64,000 bases of DNA from Firmicutes bacterium ADurb.Bin193 (GCA_002070105.1 MWCQ01000001.1:202253-266252); one strand, 5' to 3'; shown: positions 19,701 to 30,153, counted from the stretch's first letter. Made by a program: numbers and translations. The notes: generated by a model from the letters alone, not told the origin.

Positions 19701-21717
19701 CGCCCTGCCCCGCAAGCACTCTTGAAAAGAACGATGTATTCGCGCTTTCGGTATCAATGTTTATTCTGGGCTGCATAATTCCATAGCCCTTTACCACACA
19801 CCCGTTTTTTATTTCGGGCTTGTTGAGGGGATGCGCCATTGCGCCGATAAGCTCCTTTGCGCTGTCGCGCGGGAGCTTTGTGTCTGCATCAAGCGTTATG
19901 ACATATTTCGTTTCGAAAAGGGGTGGTATATCGCCCGTTATTTTTGTAAAGGTAGTGTTTTTCTCACCCCTTAAAAACCTGCAAAGCTCGACTATCGCGC
20001 CGCGCTTTCTCTCCCACCCCATATAGTTTTTATTTTTTTCGTTGTATACTCTCTTTCGGTGAAAGAGATAAAATTTTTGTCCGTATTTTTCATTAAGCCT
20101 TTGTATTACCTCGTCCGCCGCCTTTATTATTTCCTCGTCCCGCTCGGTATGCTCATGCTTACCGTCCGCAAAGTCACCCAAAAGGCCGAATCGGATGTTG
20201 TCCTGTTTGTTGGCAAGATAGTATATCTCAAGACGGTTGGCAAGTTTTTGAGCCTGCTCCGCATTGGGTAAAAGGGCGGAAATAACCACAAGCGTCGCAC
20301 ATTCCGGCGGCGCGCCCTCCGTAAATTCAAGCCGGGGTATTGTAGAGGTCTTAATAAAATGGGACGCAATATATTTACACAGGTTTATCGCAATGTCCGA
20401 TGCCGGAATAAGGCTTATTAAAAAAACAAGCATCGGAAGAACAGCGTTGTCAACACTGTCATCGCAATATGCGTAAAGAAGTCCCGACAAAAAAAGGGTA
20501 ACCGACAAAACGCCCGCCCAGTAGACGGCCTGCTGTATTTTTTTTATTCTGGTGTTGTCCGCACCCAAATCCGTTTCGATAAGATATCGTCCGATGTGAC
20601 AGTTGTTTTCGTTTGCAAGCTCTACCGCGGTTAAGGCGACCTCAACCTCTGTTATATCATACCTTTTCGCTATACGCTCGACATTTCGCCTGTAATAATT
20701 TTTGGTTTTTTTGTCCATTTTCGGATAAATTCCCGAAATATCATTGTTTAAAATCCGCTCTACCTGACTTAGCGATTCAAATATCTTGGTATAGTCAAGG
20801 GCAAGAATGAAGCGCAGGCTTGTTATGGCATTGCCCATCGAAACCTGGCGGGAGGTCTGCTTTTGATGCTCTATCGCAATAATGCTCTCGGAGCTTGTGT
20901 TAAGCTTGTGAAGGCGCGCATCAATAAACCGAAGCCCCCTCCCGCCCTCCTTACCGTGTTTTTTAAGGAGATAGAGCAGGTTTTCGATAAGTGATGTATT
21001 TTCCGTAATCATGCCTTTGAAAACAGGCCCGAGCGTGGTTTCGTAGCCTGACTTTTTCTCTAAAACTTCCGATACGGCCGACCTTGCCTGGGAGTACTGG
21101 GTATGTGTCTTGTTTATCTGAACGCAAAGATGGCGGATATTTTCGATAAGCGCGATTTTGAGCATGGACGAAAGCGACCATATTTCCATATCGGACAGAT
21201 ATGTTGTTTTCTGATATTCGTTTATAAAGTCGATAATCGACTGTTGGGTTACGGTGCTGTCGGTGTGGCTGACAAACTCAAGCGCAATCGCAAATATGCG
21301 GGGGTAACCGCTGTACTGCCCTTCTTTAATGAGGGGCAGTCTTTTAAAATATTTTTTTTGTATGTTTTGAAGCAGGTCCTTTGTCTGCTCCTCTATGATA
21401 TAAAAGTTGTCAAGAAGCCATTCGTCCGCACCGGTTATACGATGACCCGATGACACAATATCCCCAAGCCGCCTGTATGTTGCGGAAATGTAACGGTAGT
21501 TTTCCGTCATTCGTCCGAGAAGGTAGTCCATGCTTCCCTTACCCGTCGAAAGCTCATGATATCGGGCAAGTTGACCCGCATGCCAGATAAGCGCATCGTA
21601 ATCAAGCGTAGCGCCTCTTACATCAAATTTCCCTCTCTTGCCGGTTTCCACTCTGAAAAGCATATATATTAAAATGATAAAAACCGCACAAAAAAAGATA
21701 CCAATTGAGTTAATCAT
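13756..21717 (-). CDS. cyclic beta-1,2-glucan synthase-like protein (GT84 glycosyltransferase + cyclisation domain + GH94 phosphorylase-type domain)
   Basis: 2653-aa ORF. GT motifs VITLDADTKLP and HRWIRGDWQL lie between two TM clusters. The C-terminal region has the GH94-like motifs FRDQLQDV and ENGGQYTHAAAW. RBS AGAGG lies 6 nt before the ATG. Confidence 0.8.
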   Translation of the reverse strand: MINSIGIFFCAVFIILIYMLFRVETGKRGKFDVRGATLDYDALIWHAGQLARYHELSTGKGSMDYLLGRMTENYRYISATYRRLGDIVSSGHRITGADEWLLDNFYIIEEQTKDLLQNIQKKYFKRLPLIKEGQYSGYPRIFAIALEFVSHTDSTVTQQSIIDFINEYQKTTYLSDMEIWSLSSMLKIALIENIRHLCVQINKTHTQYSQARSAVSEVLEKKSGYETTLGPVFKGMITENTSLIENLLYLLKKHGKEGGRGLRFIDARLHKLNTSSESIIAIEHQKQTSRQVSMGNAITSLRFILALDYTKIFESLSQVERILNNDISGIYPKMDKKTKNYYRRNVERIAKRYDITEVEVALTAVELANENNCHIGRYLIETDLGADNTRIKKIQQAVYWAGVLSVTLFLSGLLYAYCDDSVDNAVLPMLVFLISLIPASDIAINLCKYIASHFIKTSTIPRLEFTEGAPPECATLVVISALLPNAEQAQKLANRLEIYYLANKQDNIRFGLLGDFADGKHEHTERDEEIIKAADEVIQRLNEKYGQKFYLFHRKRVYNEKNKNYMGWERKRGAIVELCRFLRGEKNTTFTKITGDIPPLFETKYVITLDADTKLPRDSAKELIGAMAHPLNKPEIKNGCVVKGYGIMQPRINIDTESANTSFFSRVLAGQGGIDVYSGAVSDIYQDLFGEGIFTGKGIFDVDCFYEILSDTIPENKVLSHDLLEGSYLRCALISDVELTDGFPWKYSSYSARMHRWIRGDWQLIPWLTGSVKNPLSAVSKWKMFDNIRRSLVPVFLTILIFLAFNLLPGSSFVWAGFTLLTICFSLLISTVDWAFNEGYRYIGQRCHATIIYGLKGVIYEAAFLFILLFHYACITADAAIRTVYRMTVSKKKLLEWVTAADADKRPDNGIKGYYRKMMSSCVLAVLFFLFSTKYIAFSALLTAVWLCSPAIMYLASRTDESKKHIIKEEDKAFLIETARKTWQYFEDFTTVSDNYLAPDNYQEDPPNGAAHRTSPTNIGLHLCAIVCARDMGFIDSAKAVDMLEKVTGTIERLDKWNGHLYNWYNTRTLEVMRPRYISTVDSGNLCGYCLAVIAALNEIADNEPGLKERTDRVAGFLKNLYDNTNFRLLYDDTRHLFTIGYNAEEEHLTKSYYDLLSSEARMASFIAIAKGEVPKKHWFTLGRTLVSRDGYKGLVSWTGTMFEYLMPLILMKNIKNTLIDETYHFVIHCQKKYGRARNVPWGTSESGFNAFDIDLNYQYKAFGVPDLGLKRGLMSDMVVAPYASIMALMVDFDSAIENIRQLESIGILGKYGLYEAIDYTPERILPHQKYSVIKSYMVHHLGMSLLSINNVLNDNILQKRFHRDVTIQATEEILGERVPVNVIISKENHEKIKPLKPIVTEEGMCVREINSVNVNGPKVHILSNGRMSCVISDSGLGYVSVGNVAITRFRGDLQNGAYGNFVYIKDITRGGMWSNFVAPLFENHDKYRVVFSGHKAEFYRSYEGIDTSTEIIVSPEDNAEIRKLTIANHTDEDLLLEITNYQEITLTAHSEDYAHPAFSNLFIRTEYDEGLDCIIAGRRPRGEEAKAVYALQTICVNGDKQGRTEFETDRAKFTGRKNTLQNPVVMSEGAEMSRTAGAVLDPIMSQRFKLKIESGSVSSFAVITAYGETREEVIELAHKYRNASNIERAFDMALSRSKVENKYLGISAADEKAAYEILANTIYILPYRRRLSEYISKNTLGQQSLWPFGISGDNPIVVLCAYSVDELDILKSLLEIHELWRIKGQIIDLVIISEDEGSYNQPLITAIRDIVSVSHVRELVNTGGGIFMVNGSTVSPEVKTLLLASARVVLYSNKGDIISQLETEHEENHIPYISFAKEDYPTEEPTLGEVEFYNGMGGFTGGEYAMKISNSASTPLPWCNVAANANFGFLVTESGGGFCWHHNSRENKLTPWTNDPVSDPLHEVIYIRDDECGGIWTPFSGSIITRHGKGYSSFEGINCGIRSLLTVFTPPDAPTKISILELNNKTDKRRKITLTYYVNPIIGVGEREAKPFIKTEKRGGFITAQNSYNTDYPDQTVYVSSSEEITSFTCDKRELFGTSRFMQTPNGLLRCFLSNTEGSGLDSCIAFQNTVILEAGETRQIVFSMSVSDDTYTPEKAHAFLEMTKQMWREKTGRLVIKTPERSMDIMINSWLLYQTLSCRIYARAAFYQCGGAYGFRDQLQDVLALLMHDPQLAREHIIRCASHQFPEGDVQHWWHEVKTEFRGVRTRFSDDLLWLPYAVSEYIRISGDSSILDEEAPYIQSDPLCEGEDEKYCPAVITEQKGTIREHCERAIARAMQFGERGLPLMGSGDWNDGMNLVGNDGRGESVWLGWFLYDVLGRFGYPNDELKENLQKAWDGAWYCRAYTDEGVPLGSGQNTECKIDAIAQAWSVISGAGREDYQSQSMASVMKYLVNREEGIIKLLTPPFDDGEINPGYIKGYVPGVRENGGQYTHAAAWVILAFAKLGMGDTAAELYSLINPINHSRTPIEVSKYKAEPYVIAADVYSAGANTGRGGWTWYTGAAGWIYRVGVEWILGIRKEGESLIVDPCIPRGWKEFSFEYRYGNTNYSVSVKNPDGLSKSAKPTVIPLADDGQNHNIEIIMSDNMDYSPEL

Positions 21718-21765
21718 CGCTTACCTCTTTTCGATAGAATCTCAATTGATATCTTGTCCATTATT

Positions 21766-22539
21766 TCATAAATTAAACAGTGAAATTGCATTTAATGACA
21801 GTATCTTTGCCCTCTCGGAGTCTTTTAAGGGAACCTTCATAAAATTCTCAAGCTCCTCTTTATGCAACCTTGCGGGATAGTCCGTTCCGAAAAGAACCCT
21901 GTCTGCCCCGTGTGCGCCTATAAGCTCTCCCATTCTTTCGGGGGAGATGCGGCAAAGTGTGCTTGATGTGTCAAGATAAAGGTTTTTCCCGATAAGATGC
22001 TCCCTTGCCTCGTCCCACCGCATATACCCGCCCATGTGCGCACCGATTACGGTAAGCGAGGGAAACTCCTTCAAAACCTTTGAAAGACGGCGGGGCGCGG
22101 AATAGTCAGAGTTTTCGTCGCCCAAATGTATAAGGACGGGAAGGCGTGAGCCAATGACATCGTATATCCTCATCATGCGCGGGTCGTCAATGGCAAAGCC
22201 CTGAAAGTCAGGGTGAAGCTTTATCCCCTTAAGCCCAAGAGCCGATATTCGCTCGATTTCAGCCTCACACCCGCTAAAATCGGGGTGAATCGTCCCGAAG
22301 CATATTAGGCGCTCGTCCGACAGCGAGGCGATATAGTCGTTTATGCTCACAACCTGCTCCGGTTTTGTGGCGGTGGAAAACACCGCAACGGGGGCCATCT
22401 TCAAAAGCTGGGTAAGCGTTCCGTCGCCCGACCAAGGCATACGGTAATGGTTAACAAGATGTAAAACCGCCTTTTGCGCTATTTTGTCGGTGAAAACATG
22501 GGTATGACAATCGACGACTTTTATTCCGTCCGTATTCAC
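21766..22539 (-). CDS. amidohydrolase-2 / TIM-barrel metal-dependent hydrolase family protein
   Basis: N-terminal VVDCHTHVF metal motif and C-terminal VLFGTDYP. 257 aa. Confidence 0.75.
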   Translation of the reverse strand: MNTDGIKVVDCHTHVFTDKIAQKAVLHLVNHYRMPWSGDGTLTQLLKMAPVAVFSTATKPEQVVSINDYIASLSDERLICFGTIHPDFSGCEAEIERISALGLKGIKLHPDFQGFAIDDPRMMRIYDVIGSRLPVLIHLGDENSDYSAPRRLSKVLKEFPSLTVIGAHMGGYMRWDEAREHLIGKNLYLDTSSTLCRISPERMGELIGAHGADRVLFGTDYPARLHKEELENFMKVPLKDSERAKILSLNAISLFNL

Positions 22540-23480
22540 TCCTCCATCATCTCGCGGATATATTTTTTAAGCGTGTCGGCCGAGCTTCGAAGCGCCGAAA
22601 GCTCTTCGTCCGACAATTTAAGCTGAAGGGTTTTCTCAATGCCGTTTTTGCCGACTACGCAGGGTACGCTGATGCACACATCGTCAATTCCGTACTGTCC
22701 CGTAAGAAGGCTCGAAACGGTCAGAATGGAGCGCTCGTTGCGCATAAGGCACTCGACAATTCTTTTTACCGCAAGCGCAACGGCATAGTATGTCGCACCC
22801 TTTTTTTGAATAATTTCATACGCGGAGTTCTTAACCTTCTCGTAAATGCCGTACTTGTTAATCCCGCTGCAATTGGTACAGCACCTGCAATACTCGTCCA
22901 TGGGAATCTGACCTATCGAGGTGGAGCTCCACACGGCAACCTCCGTGTCACCGTGTTCGCCTATGATATACGCGTGAATATTGCGCGCATCAATGCCCAC
23001 ATGCTCGCCGAGCGAGTACCTGAATCTCGCGGTATCAAGAACGGTGCCGGAGCCTATAACCCTTGAAGCGGGGAAGCCCGACAGCTTGTAAGTTAAATAG
23101 GTCAGAATGTCGACAGGGTTTGTAACAACCAAAATAGTCGTTTCGTGGGTTATATAGGGAGTAAGCCCGTCAATAATGCTTTTGAATATTGCGGCGTTCT
23201 TTTTGAGAAGGTCAATCCTTGTTTCGCCGGGCTTTTGGTTGGCGCCCGCGGTTATAATGACGATTTCGGAGTCGGCCGAATCGACATAATCACCAGCCGT
23301 AACCTTGATAGGCTTCATAAACGGAACACCGTGGCTCATGTCAAGCGCATCGCCCTCCGCCTTTTGTTTGTTTATATCGATTATGACAATCTCATTGACA
23401 ACACTGCTTTGCATAAGCGCAAACGCCGTTGTCGAGCCTACGAAGCCCGCGCCGATTACCGTTACCTTTCCCTTTTTCAA
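22536..23480 (-). CDS. ldh: L-lactate dehydrogenase
   Basis: VIGAGFVGST, ITAGANQKPGETRIDL, IGEHGDTEV. Overlaps the downstream gene by 4 nt. Confidence 0.92.
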   Translation of the reverse strand: MKKGKVTVIGAGFVGSTTAFALMQSSVVNEIVIIDINKQKAEGDALDMSHGVPFMKPIKVTAGDYVDSADSEIVIITAGANQKPGETRIDLLKKNAAIFKSIIDGLTPYITHETTILVVTNPVDILTYLTYKLSGFPASRVIGSGTVLDTARFRYSLGEHVGIDARNIHAYIIGEHGDTEVAVWSSTSIGQIPMDEYCRCCTNCSGINKYGIYEKVKNSAYEIIQKKGATYYAVALAVKRIVECLMRNERSILTVSSLLTGQYGIDDVCISVPCVVGKNGIEKTLQLKLSDEELSALRSSADTLKKYIREMMEE

Positions 23481-23492
23481 TCTAACTCACTC

Positions 23493-24749
23493 CTATCGTC
23501 CGATATCCTTTCTGTAATGAGCATTTTCAAAGGATATGCGCCCAACACCCTCATACGCCGTTTTTATTGCGGCTTCAAGCGTTTTGCCCGTAGCAGTAAC
23601 GCCCAATACTCTGCCGCCCGCCGTCACAAATTCGCCGTCTTTTTTCTTTGTTCCCGCGTGGAACACAGTAACATTTTTAACCTTTTGCGCCTCGTCTATT
23701 CCCTTAATCGTAAAACCTGTTTCGTATTTTTGCGGATAACCGCCCGACGCCATAACGACACACGCCGCCGCATCCGAGCTCCACTCTATGTCGATTTCCG
23801 AAAGGCGCTCGTCTATTACGGCGTTCATAATTTCAACAATGTCGCTTTTAAGCCGGGGCAGTACCGCCTGAGTTTCGGGGTCGCCGAAGCGACAGTTATA
23901 CTCTATAACCTTTACGCCGTCCGCCGTCGCCATAAGCCCGAAGTACAAAACACCCTTAAACTTCCTTCCCTCCGCGTTCATTGCCTTCATTGTTGGGATA
24001 AAAATATTGGATAGGCAGTACTTTGCCATTTCATCGTCATAAATGGGGCTTGGCGAATATGCACCCATTCCGCCTGTGTTGGGGCCCTTATCGCCGTCAA
24101 ATACTTTTTTATGGTCCTGCGCCGAAACCATAGGCACAAGGGTTTTTCCGTCGGTAAAAGCGAGGACGGATATTTCACGCCCCGTCAAATACTCCTCAAT
24201 GACAATCCTTGCCCCCGCGTTTCCGAAAATACGCTCGTTCATAATATCGTTGACCGCGTGTATCCCCTCCGAAAGGTCACCCGCAATAATAACGCCCTTG
24301 CCGAGCGCAAGCCCTTCGGCCTTTATGACCGCGGGGAATGAGCTTTTTTCAAGGTATTTTACAGCATCGGACGGGTTGTCGAAAACCTCGTATCGGGCGG
24401 TGGGTATGTTGTATTTTTTCATCAGTTCCTTTGAAAAAACTTTGCTCCCCTCGATTATTGCCGCCGCTTTGTTCGGACCGAACGCGCGAAGCCCGTTTTT
24501 TTCAAGCTCGTCAACCATACCCGCCACAAGCGGATCGTCGGGCGCGACAACCGTAAGGTCAATCGCCTTTTCCTTTGCGAAGGCGACCATTCCCGAAATA
24601 TCCGTTGCCTTCATGTCCACGCACTCGGCAAGCTCCGCTATGCCGCCGTTTCCGGGGGCGCAGTATATTTTATCGACGCTACTGCTTTTGGCAATCGTAT
24701 GGGCGAGGGCATGCTCACGCCCGCCGCCGCCGACTAACAGAATTTTCAT
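23493..24749 (-). CDS. purD: phosphoribosylamine--glycine ligase
   Basis: MKILLVGGGGREHALA and an ATP-grasp core. 418 aa. Confidence 0.95.
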   Translation of the reverse strand: MKILLVGGGGREHALAHTIAKSSSVDKIYCAPGNGGIAELAECVDMKATDISGMVAFAKEKAIDLTVVAPDDPLVAGMVDELEKNGLRAFGPNKAAAIIEGSKVFSKELMKKYNIPTARYEVFDNPSDAVKYLEKSSFPAVIKAEGLALGKGVIIAGDLSEGIHAVNDIMNERIFGNAGARIVIEEYLTGREISVLAFTDGKTLVPMVSAQDHKKVFDGDKGPNTGGMGAYSPSPIYDDEMAKYCLSNIFIPTMKAMNAEGRKFKGVLYFGLMATADGVKVIEYNCRFGDPETQAVLPRLKSDIVEIMNAVIDERLSEIDIEWSSDAAACVVMASGGYPQKYETGFTIKGIDEAQKVKNVTVFHAGTKKKDGEFVTAGGRVLGVTATGKTLEAAIKTAYEGVGRISFENAHYRKDIGR

Positions 24750-24854
24750 AGGTGTAAATCAACCCCCACACCAAAATTTTATCTGTTGACATAAAATAAA
24801 CACTGATTTAAAGTAGCAGTTAAAATTTTTAACAGTATTAAACTTATTCAGTGT

Positions 24855-26393
24855 TTAATGCCTAAAATGCCTCATACCCGTAAATACCATTGCAATGCCC
24901 TTTTCGTTGCAAAGCTTAATGGAATCCTCGTCCCGAATAGAGCCGCCCGGCTGAATAATCGCGGTTATACCCGCCTTAGCCGCCGCCTCAACACAGTCCG
25001 AAAACGGGAAATATGCATCCGATGCCATTACGCTTCCCATGGCCGCCTCGCCCGCATAATTTACCGCAAGGTTAAGCGCGGTTATCCTGTTTGTCTGCCC
25101 CGGTCCGACGCCTGTCGTTGCGCCGTCCTTCGCAAGCACTATGGCGTTTGACTTTACATATTTAACAACCCGCCACGCAAACAATAGGTCTTGCATTTCC
25201 TTCTCTGTAGGCTGTTTTTCCGTCACAACCCTAAGCTCATCACCCGTAAGCTCCGTATCAAGGGTCTGAACCAAAAGTCCGCCCGCTACCTTTTTAAGCT
25301 CAAGCGCATCGGGAGAATTTTTAACTGAAATATCTTTTAGTTCAAGTATTCTTATATTTTTCTTTTGGGCTATGATTTCAAACGCCTCGTCTGTAAATGA
25401 CGGGGCAACAACTATTTCAAGAAAAATCTTGCTTATTTCGGTTGCCGTTTTGGCGTCTATCTCTCTGTTCGCCGCAACAATACCTCCGTAAATGGAAACA
25501 GGGTCGGCATTGTATGCCCTTACATACGCCTCATATATATCCTTACCGACGGCAACTCCGCACGGGTTTGCATGCTTTACCGCAACAACCGCAGGCTCGT
25601 CAAATTCCTTTATAACAGAGATTGCGGCATCCGCGTCGGCAATATTGTTATACGAAAGCTCCTTGCCGTGAAGCTGCTTCGCAGATGCAATACCGCCGCT
25701 TAATTTCCCGATTTCCCTGTAAAACGCCGCGCTCTGATGGGGATTTTCGCCGTAGCGCATATCCTGCGCCTTCTCAAAGGTCAAGGTCAGGGTGTTGCGA
25801 AGCCTGTCCTGCCCCGTTACCTTTCCGAGAAAGTCGGCTATCATTGCGTCATAGCTTGCGGTATGTTCAAAAACCTTGAACGCAAGGCGCGCCCTTTGCT
25901 CCTCCGAAAGGCCGCCCGCCTTCAATGCATCTATAAGTAAACCGTAATCGGCAGGGTCCACGACAACCGCTACATCGCGGTGATTTTTCGCCGCCGCTCG
26001 TATCATGGTCGGCCCGCCTATGTCTATATTTTCTATCGCTTCCTCAAAGGTTACGCCTTCTTTCAGAATAGTCTGCTTGAAGGGGTAGAGGTTTACCGCC
26101 AGTATGTCAATAGGCTCCACATCGAGGGTTTTTAAGGTTTTCATATGCTCATCGTCGGAGCGGATTGCAAGAATCCCCGCATGAACCTTGGGATGAAGCG
26201 TTTTGACCCGCCCGTCAAGACATTCGGGAAAGCCCGTAACATCAGACACATTTATGACCTTTATCCCCGCATCTTCAAGTGTCTTTGAGGTTCCTCCCGT
26301 TGAAATAATCTCATATCCGAGAGCGCAAAGCTCTCTTGCAAAATCAACAACTCCTGTTTTATCGGATACACTGATAAGCGCCCGTTTAGCCAT
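24855..26393 (-). CDS. purH: bifunctional AICAR transformylase / IMP cyclohydrolase
   Basis: [15 protein letters not shown] (MGS-like domain) and C-terminal [12 protein letters not shown] moved the start to ATG 26391-26393, which overlaps the purN stop by 8 nt. Confidence 0.95.
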   Translation of the reverse strand: MAKRALISVSDKTGVVDFARELCALGYEIISTGGTSKTLEDAGIKVINVSDVTGFPECLDGRVKTLHPKVHAGILAIRSDDEHMKTLKTLDVEPIDILAVNLYPFKQTILKEGVTFEEAIENIDIGGPTMIRAAAKNHRDVAVVVDPADYGLLIDALKAGGLSEEQRARLAFKVFEHTASYDAMIADFLGKVTGQDRLRNTLTLTFEKAQDMRYGENPHQSAAFYREIGKLSGGIASAKQLHGKELSYNNIADADAAISVIKEFDEPAVVAVKHANPCGVAVGKDIYEAYVRAYNADPVSIYGGIVAANREIDAKTATEISKIFLEIVVAPSFTDEAFEIIAQKKNIRILELKDISVKNSPDALELKKVAGGLLVQTLDTELTGDELRVVTEKQPTEKEMQDLLFAWRVVKYVKSNAIVLAKDGATTGVGPGQTNRITALNLAVNYAGEAAMGSVMASDAYFPFSDCVEAAAKAGITAIIQPGGSIRDEDSIKLCNEKGIAMVFTGMRHFRH

Positions 26394-26979
26394 CCTTCCT
26401 ATCCTTCCTTTCTTTATTGCATATATCCGCAACCGCCTGAGGCAGAATAACCCACTCCGCCTCCTCCATAACACGCCTTTGCAGTGTTTCGGGAGTATCA
26501 TCGGGCTTTACACAGACCGCCTTTTGGGATATTATCTCGCCGCCGTCGGTTATGTCATTCACATAATGCACGGTTGCGCCCGTAACCTTAACACCGTAAT
26601 CGAGCGCCGCCCTATGTACCTTTAGCCCGTAAAATCCGTCCCCGCAAAAAGAGGGGATGAGTGACGGGTGAACATTTATTATTTTTTTCGGAAACGCGTC
26701 CAAAACCTCTTTCCCCAGTATGCGCAAAAAGCCCGCAAGAACAACAAGGTCTGCCTTGTTTTCTTTAAGATGGGCGACAAGCAGGGAATCAAAGTCCTTG
26801 CCGTCCGGTATAACCTTAAACGGAATGCTGTGTTTTTTTGCCCGCTCAAGCGCATAAACTCCCGGCTTATTCGACACGACCGTTACAATCCTGCCGTTTA
26901 TTCCGCCCGCTTCCACCGCATTTATAAGCGCCTGAAGGTTGCTTCCACCGCCGGACACCAAAACAGCAATGTTTAACAT
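26386..26979 (-). CDS. purN: phosphoribosylglycinamide formyltransferase
   Basis: [38 protein letters not shown]. Confidence 0.93.
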   Translation of the reverse strand: MLNIAVLVSGGGSNLQALINAVEAGGINGRIVTVVSNKPGVYALERAKKHSIPFKVIPDGKDFDSLLVAHLKENKADLVVLAGFLRILGKEVLDAFPKKIINVHPSLIPSFCGDGFYGLKVHRAALDYGVKVTGATVHYVNDITDGGEIISQKAVCVKPDDTPETLQRRVMEEAEWVILPQAVADICNKERKDRKDG

Positions 26980-28010
26980 ATATCCACCCCGTTTTTTCCT
27001 TCTATAACCTCTCCGATTATATAAGCCTTCTCACCGATATCTTTAAGGTGAGAAACAATTTCCTCCGCCTGCTCCTTGGGCACGGCAAATACCATCCCGA
27101 TACCCATGTTAAAGGTTGATAACATATCGTCCTCCGAGATATTTCCGTAGGTTGAAATAATATCGAAAATCGGAAGAACCTCGAAGGATGATTTATTAAT
27201 CCGTGCGCGAAGATTTTCGGGAAGCATTCTCGGAATGTTCTCGCAAAACCCGCCGCCGGTAATGTGTGAAATCGCCTTTACATCAAATTTTTCAATGACC
27301 GAAAGCATTGAGGGAACATATATTTTAGTCGGCTTCAAAAGCTCCTCGCCGAGGGTACAGCCCAAAACTTCAAAGTACATGCCAAGCTTTTCGCCGTCAT
27401 CTTTAATATTGAAAACCTTTCGGACAAGGGAGTAACCGTTGCTGTGTATTCCCGACGAAGCTATCCCTATAAGGGCATCGCCCGCCGCAAGACGGGAGCC
27501 GTCTATAATATTGTTTTTTTCGACCGCGCCGACTGAAAAACCCGCCAAATCATACTCGTCAACGGCATAAAAGCCTGGCATTTCGGCCGTCTCTCCGCCC
27601 ACAAGCGCACAGCCCGCAATTATGCAGCCCTCGGCAACTCCTTTAACGATTTCGGCAACCTTTTCGGGAATGTTCCTGCCCACGGCAATATAATCGAGAA
27701 AAATAAGGGGTTTTGCCCCGCTGCACACTATGTCGTTTACACACATGGCAACGCAGTCTATACCGATTGTGTCATGCTTTCCCAAAAGCATTGCGATTTT
27801 GAGCTTTGTCCCCACGCCGTCAGTACCCGAAACGAGAACAAGGTTTTTATACTCCGACATATCTATTTCAAAAAGGCCTCCGAAGCCGCCAATCCCCGAC
27901 AGAACGCCCTTTGTAAAGGTTTTGTTTACATACTGCTTCATAAGGCGCACGCTTTCGTACCCTGCCTCAACATCAACACCCGCCGCCTTGTAGCTTTCGT
28001 TCATCAGCAC
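26973..28010 (-). CDS. purM: phosphoribosylformylglycinamidine cyclo-ligase (AIR synthetase)
   Basis: [26 protein letters not shown]. Confidence 0.95.
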   Translation of the reverse strand: MLMNESYKAAGVDVEAGYESVRLMKQYVNKTFTKGVLSGIGGFGGLFEIDMSEYKNLVLVSGTDGVGTKLKIAMLLGKHDTIGIDCVAMCVNDIVCSGAKPLIFLDYIAVGRNIPEKVAEIVKGVAEGCIIAGCALVGGETAEMPGFYAVDEYDLAGFSVGAVEKNNIIDGSRLAAGDALIGIASSGIHSNGYSLVRKVFNIKDDGEKLGMYFEVLGCTLGEELLKPTKIYVPSMLSVIEKFDVKAISHITGGGFCENIPRMLPENLRARINKSSFEVLPIFDIISTYGNISEDDMLSTFNMGIGMVFAVPKEQAEEIVSHLKDIGEKAYIIGEVIEGKNGVDIC

Positions 28011-29404
28011 GCCCCTCCTTTTGCATTAAACGGAACCTCCATGGGGTATTTGCCCGTAAAGCAGGCATTACAATGACCCTTGTATGTGTCGCCGAGTATC
28101 TTTGACAGATTTTCAAGGCTTAAATAGCCGAGACTGTCCGCCCCTATCATCTTGCAGGTTTCCTCAACCGTATGGTTTACGGCGATAAGCGATTCCTGCG
28201 ACGGAATATCCGTCCCGAAATAGCAGGGGTATAAAAACGGAGGACAGCTTATTCTCATGTGAACCTCGGTTGCGCCCGCATCCCTTATCATCTGAACGAT
28301 TCTCTGCGATGTCGTTCCCCTGACAATAGAGTCGTCAACCATAACAACACGCTTGCCCTTTATGGTTTCCTTAAGCGCGTTTAGCTTAATCCTGACCGCA
28401 CGCACACGCTGTTGCTGGGTGGGCTGGATAAAGGTTCTTCCAATATATCTGTTTTTAATAAGCCCTATGCCGTAGGGTATACCGCTTTGCTCGGCATAGC
28501 CGATTGCCGCATCAATACCCGAATCGGGCACGGGTATGACGATATCCGCATCCACGGGATGCTCTATCGCAAGATATTTCCCCGCGCGCCACCTTGCATC
28601 GTACACGCTTATGCCTTCAACCACGCTGTCGGGGCGGGCGAAATATATATACTCGAAAATACAAATATTTCCCTTGCCCGAACACAGCCTTTCGTCGGTT
28701 CGCACGCCGTCCTTGTCTATGCACACAATCTCGCCCGGCTTAATGTCACGGATAAATTCCGCATCCACGGCGTCAAGAGCGCAGGTTTCGGAGGCAAAGA
28801 TATACGAATGGTCGGTCTTGCCGAAGGAAAGGGGGCGAATACCCCACGGATCCCTTGCCGCTATAAGCTTTCTCGGACTCATAACCACAATGGAGTACGA
28901 GCCCCGAAGATATCCCATCGCGCGCGCAATCGCCTCTTCGATGGAGTGGCACTTTATCCTCTCGCGGGCTATGATGTATGCAATAACCTCCGAATCGCTT
29001 GTCGTCTGAAAAATAGCGCCGTTGTTTTCAAATTCACGGCGAAGCTCAGCCGCATTTACGATATTGCCGTTGTGCGCAACGGTAAGCGTACCTTTTTTGT
29101 ACTTGGTAACAAGAGGCTGTGCATTTTCGCGCATGATGCTTCCCGTGGTGGAGTAGCGAACATGACCGACGCCGATTGTCCCCTTTAAGTGATTGAGCAT
29201 GGTATCGTTAAATACCTCGAAAACCAAACCCATATCCTTGTGGTGAACTATCGTACCGTCGTCGTTTACAGCAATCCCGCAACATTCCTGACCCCTGTGC
29301 TGAAGCGCGTAAAGCCCGTAGTATATAATATTTGCGGCATCATTATGGTTGTTGAAATTGTAAACCCCCATTAAACCGCATTCTTCCTTTAGTATTCCGT
29401 CCAT
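28004..29404 (-). CDS. purF: amidophosphoribosyltransferase
   Basis: ECGLMGV (Ntn Cys), [19 protein letters not shown] (PRPP loop), and C-terminal Cys residues for an Fe-S cluster. Confidence 0.95.
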   Translation of the reverse strand: MDGILKEECGLMGVYNFNNHNDAANIIYYGLYALQHRGQECCGIAVNDDGTIVHHKDMGLVFEVFNDTMLNHLKGTIGVGHVRYSTTGSIMRENAQPLVTKYKKGTLTVAHNGNIVNAAELRREFENNGAIFQTTSDSEVIAYIIARERIKCHSIEEAIARAMGYLRGSYSIVVMSPRKLIAARDPWGIRPLSFGKTDHSYIFASETCALDAVDAEFIRDIKPGEIVCIDKDGVRTDERLCSGKGNICIFEYIYFARPDSVVEGISVYDARWRAGKYLAIEHPVDADIVIPVPDSGIDAAIGYAEQSGIPYGIGLIKNRYIGRTFIQPTQQQRVRAVRIKLNALKETIKGKRVVMVDDSIVRGTTSQRIVQMIRDAGATEVHMRISCPPFLYPCYFGTDIPSQESLIAVNHTVEETCKMIGADSLGYLSLENLSKILGDTYKGHCNACFTGKYPMEVPFNAKGGAC

Positions 29405-29445
29405 TCATATACCTCCAAATAAGTTAGTATCCGAAAATGCAAGTC

Positions 29446-30153
29446 TTACTCGCCCATTAAGCGGTGAAGAATCTCTATGTACGCCTCCTCCACATCGCCC
29501 AAATCACGCCTGAAACGGTCTTTGTCAAGCTTTTTGTTTGTATCCTTATCCCAGAAGCGACAGGTATCGGGTGAAATTTCGTCAGCAAGAATTATGTCGC
29601 CCTTAAACCTTCCGAATTCAAGCTTAAAGTCCACAAGACGGATACCCGCTTTTAACAGGTACTCCGAAAGGATTTCGTTAACCCTAAACGCCGTTTCGGT
29701 TATCTTCTTAATCTCTTCCTCCGTAGCAAGATTTAAAGCAAGCGCATGGCATTCGTTTATAAGCGGGTCACCCAAAGCATCGTTTTTATACGAAAACTCT
29801 ATTGTCGGAATGGCAAGCGCTGTTCCCTCCTCTACGCCGTAGCGTTTTGAAAAGCTCCCCGCCGCTATGTTCCTTATTATTACCTCAAGAGGAACTATCG
29901 TAACCTTTTTTACAACCGTCTCGCGCTCGGAAATCTCCTCGACAAAGTGGGTTTTTATACCCTTTTCCTCAAGGATTTTGAAAAAGAAATTCGAAACTCT
30001 GTTGTTTATTACGCCCTTGCCCGTAATTGTTCCCTTTTTCTCTCCGTTAAATGCGGTTGCATCGTCTTTGTAATCTACGATAAGAAGGTCCTCATTGTCG
30101 GTTGCATATACCTTTTTTGCCTTGCCCTCGTATAATTGTCCGAGCTTTTTCAT
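29446..30153 (-). CDS. purC: SAICAR synthase
   Basis: [29 protein letters not shown]. Confidence 0.95.
   Translation of the reverse strand: MKKLGQLYEGKAKKVYATDNEDLLIVDYKDDATAFNGEKKGTITGKGVINNRVSNFFFKILEEKGIKTHFVEEISERETVVKKVTIVPLEVIIRNIAAGSFSKRYGVEEGTALAIPTIEFSYKNDALGDPLINECHALALNLATEEEIKKITETAFRVNEILSEYLLKAGIRLVDFKLEFGRFKGDIILADEISPDTCRFWDKDTNKKLDKDRFRRDLGDVEEAYIEILHRLMGE

Noticed and set aside
23145-24789. Two long plus-strand ORFs (289 aa and 248 aa) in the ORF track
   Set aside because: They lie antisense to the unmistakable ldh and purD genes. Their translations are low-complexity (Arg/Ser/Pro/Ala-rich) with no motifs. This is a typical shadow ORF of a moderately GC-rich coding region.
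24798-24856. Internal terminator between purH and purD
   Set aside because: A 9-bp AT-rich closing stem (AAACACTGA/TCAGTGTTT) spans a 41-nt loop and has only a weak U-tract. It is too unstable to call as a feature, so I mention it only in the operon-architecture finding.
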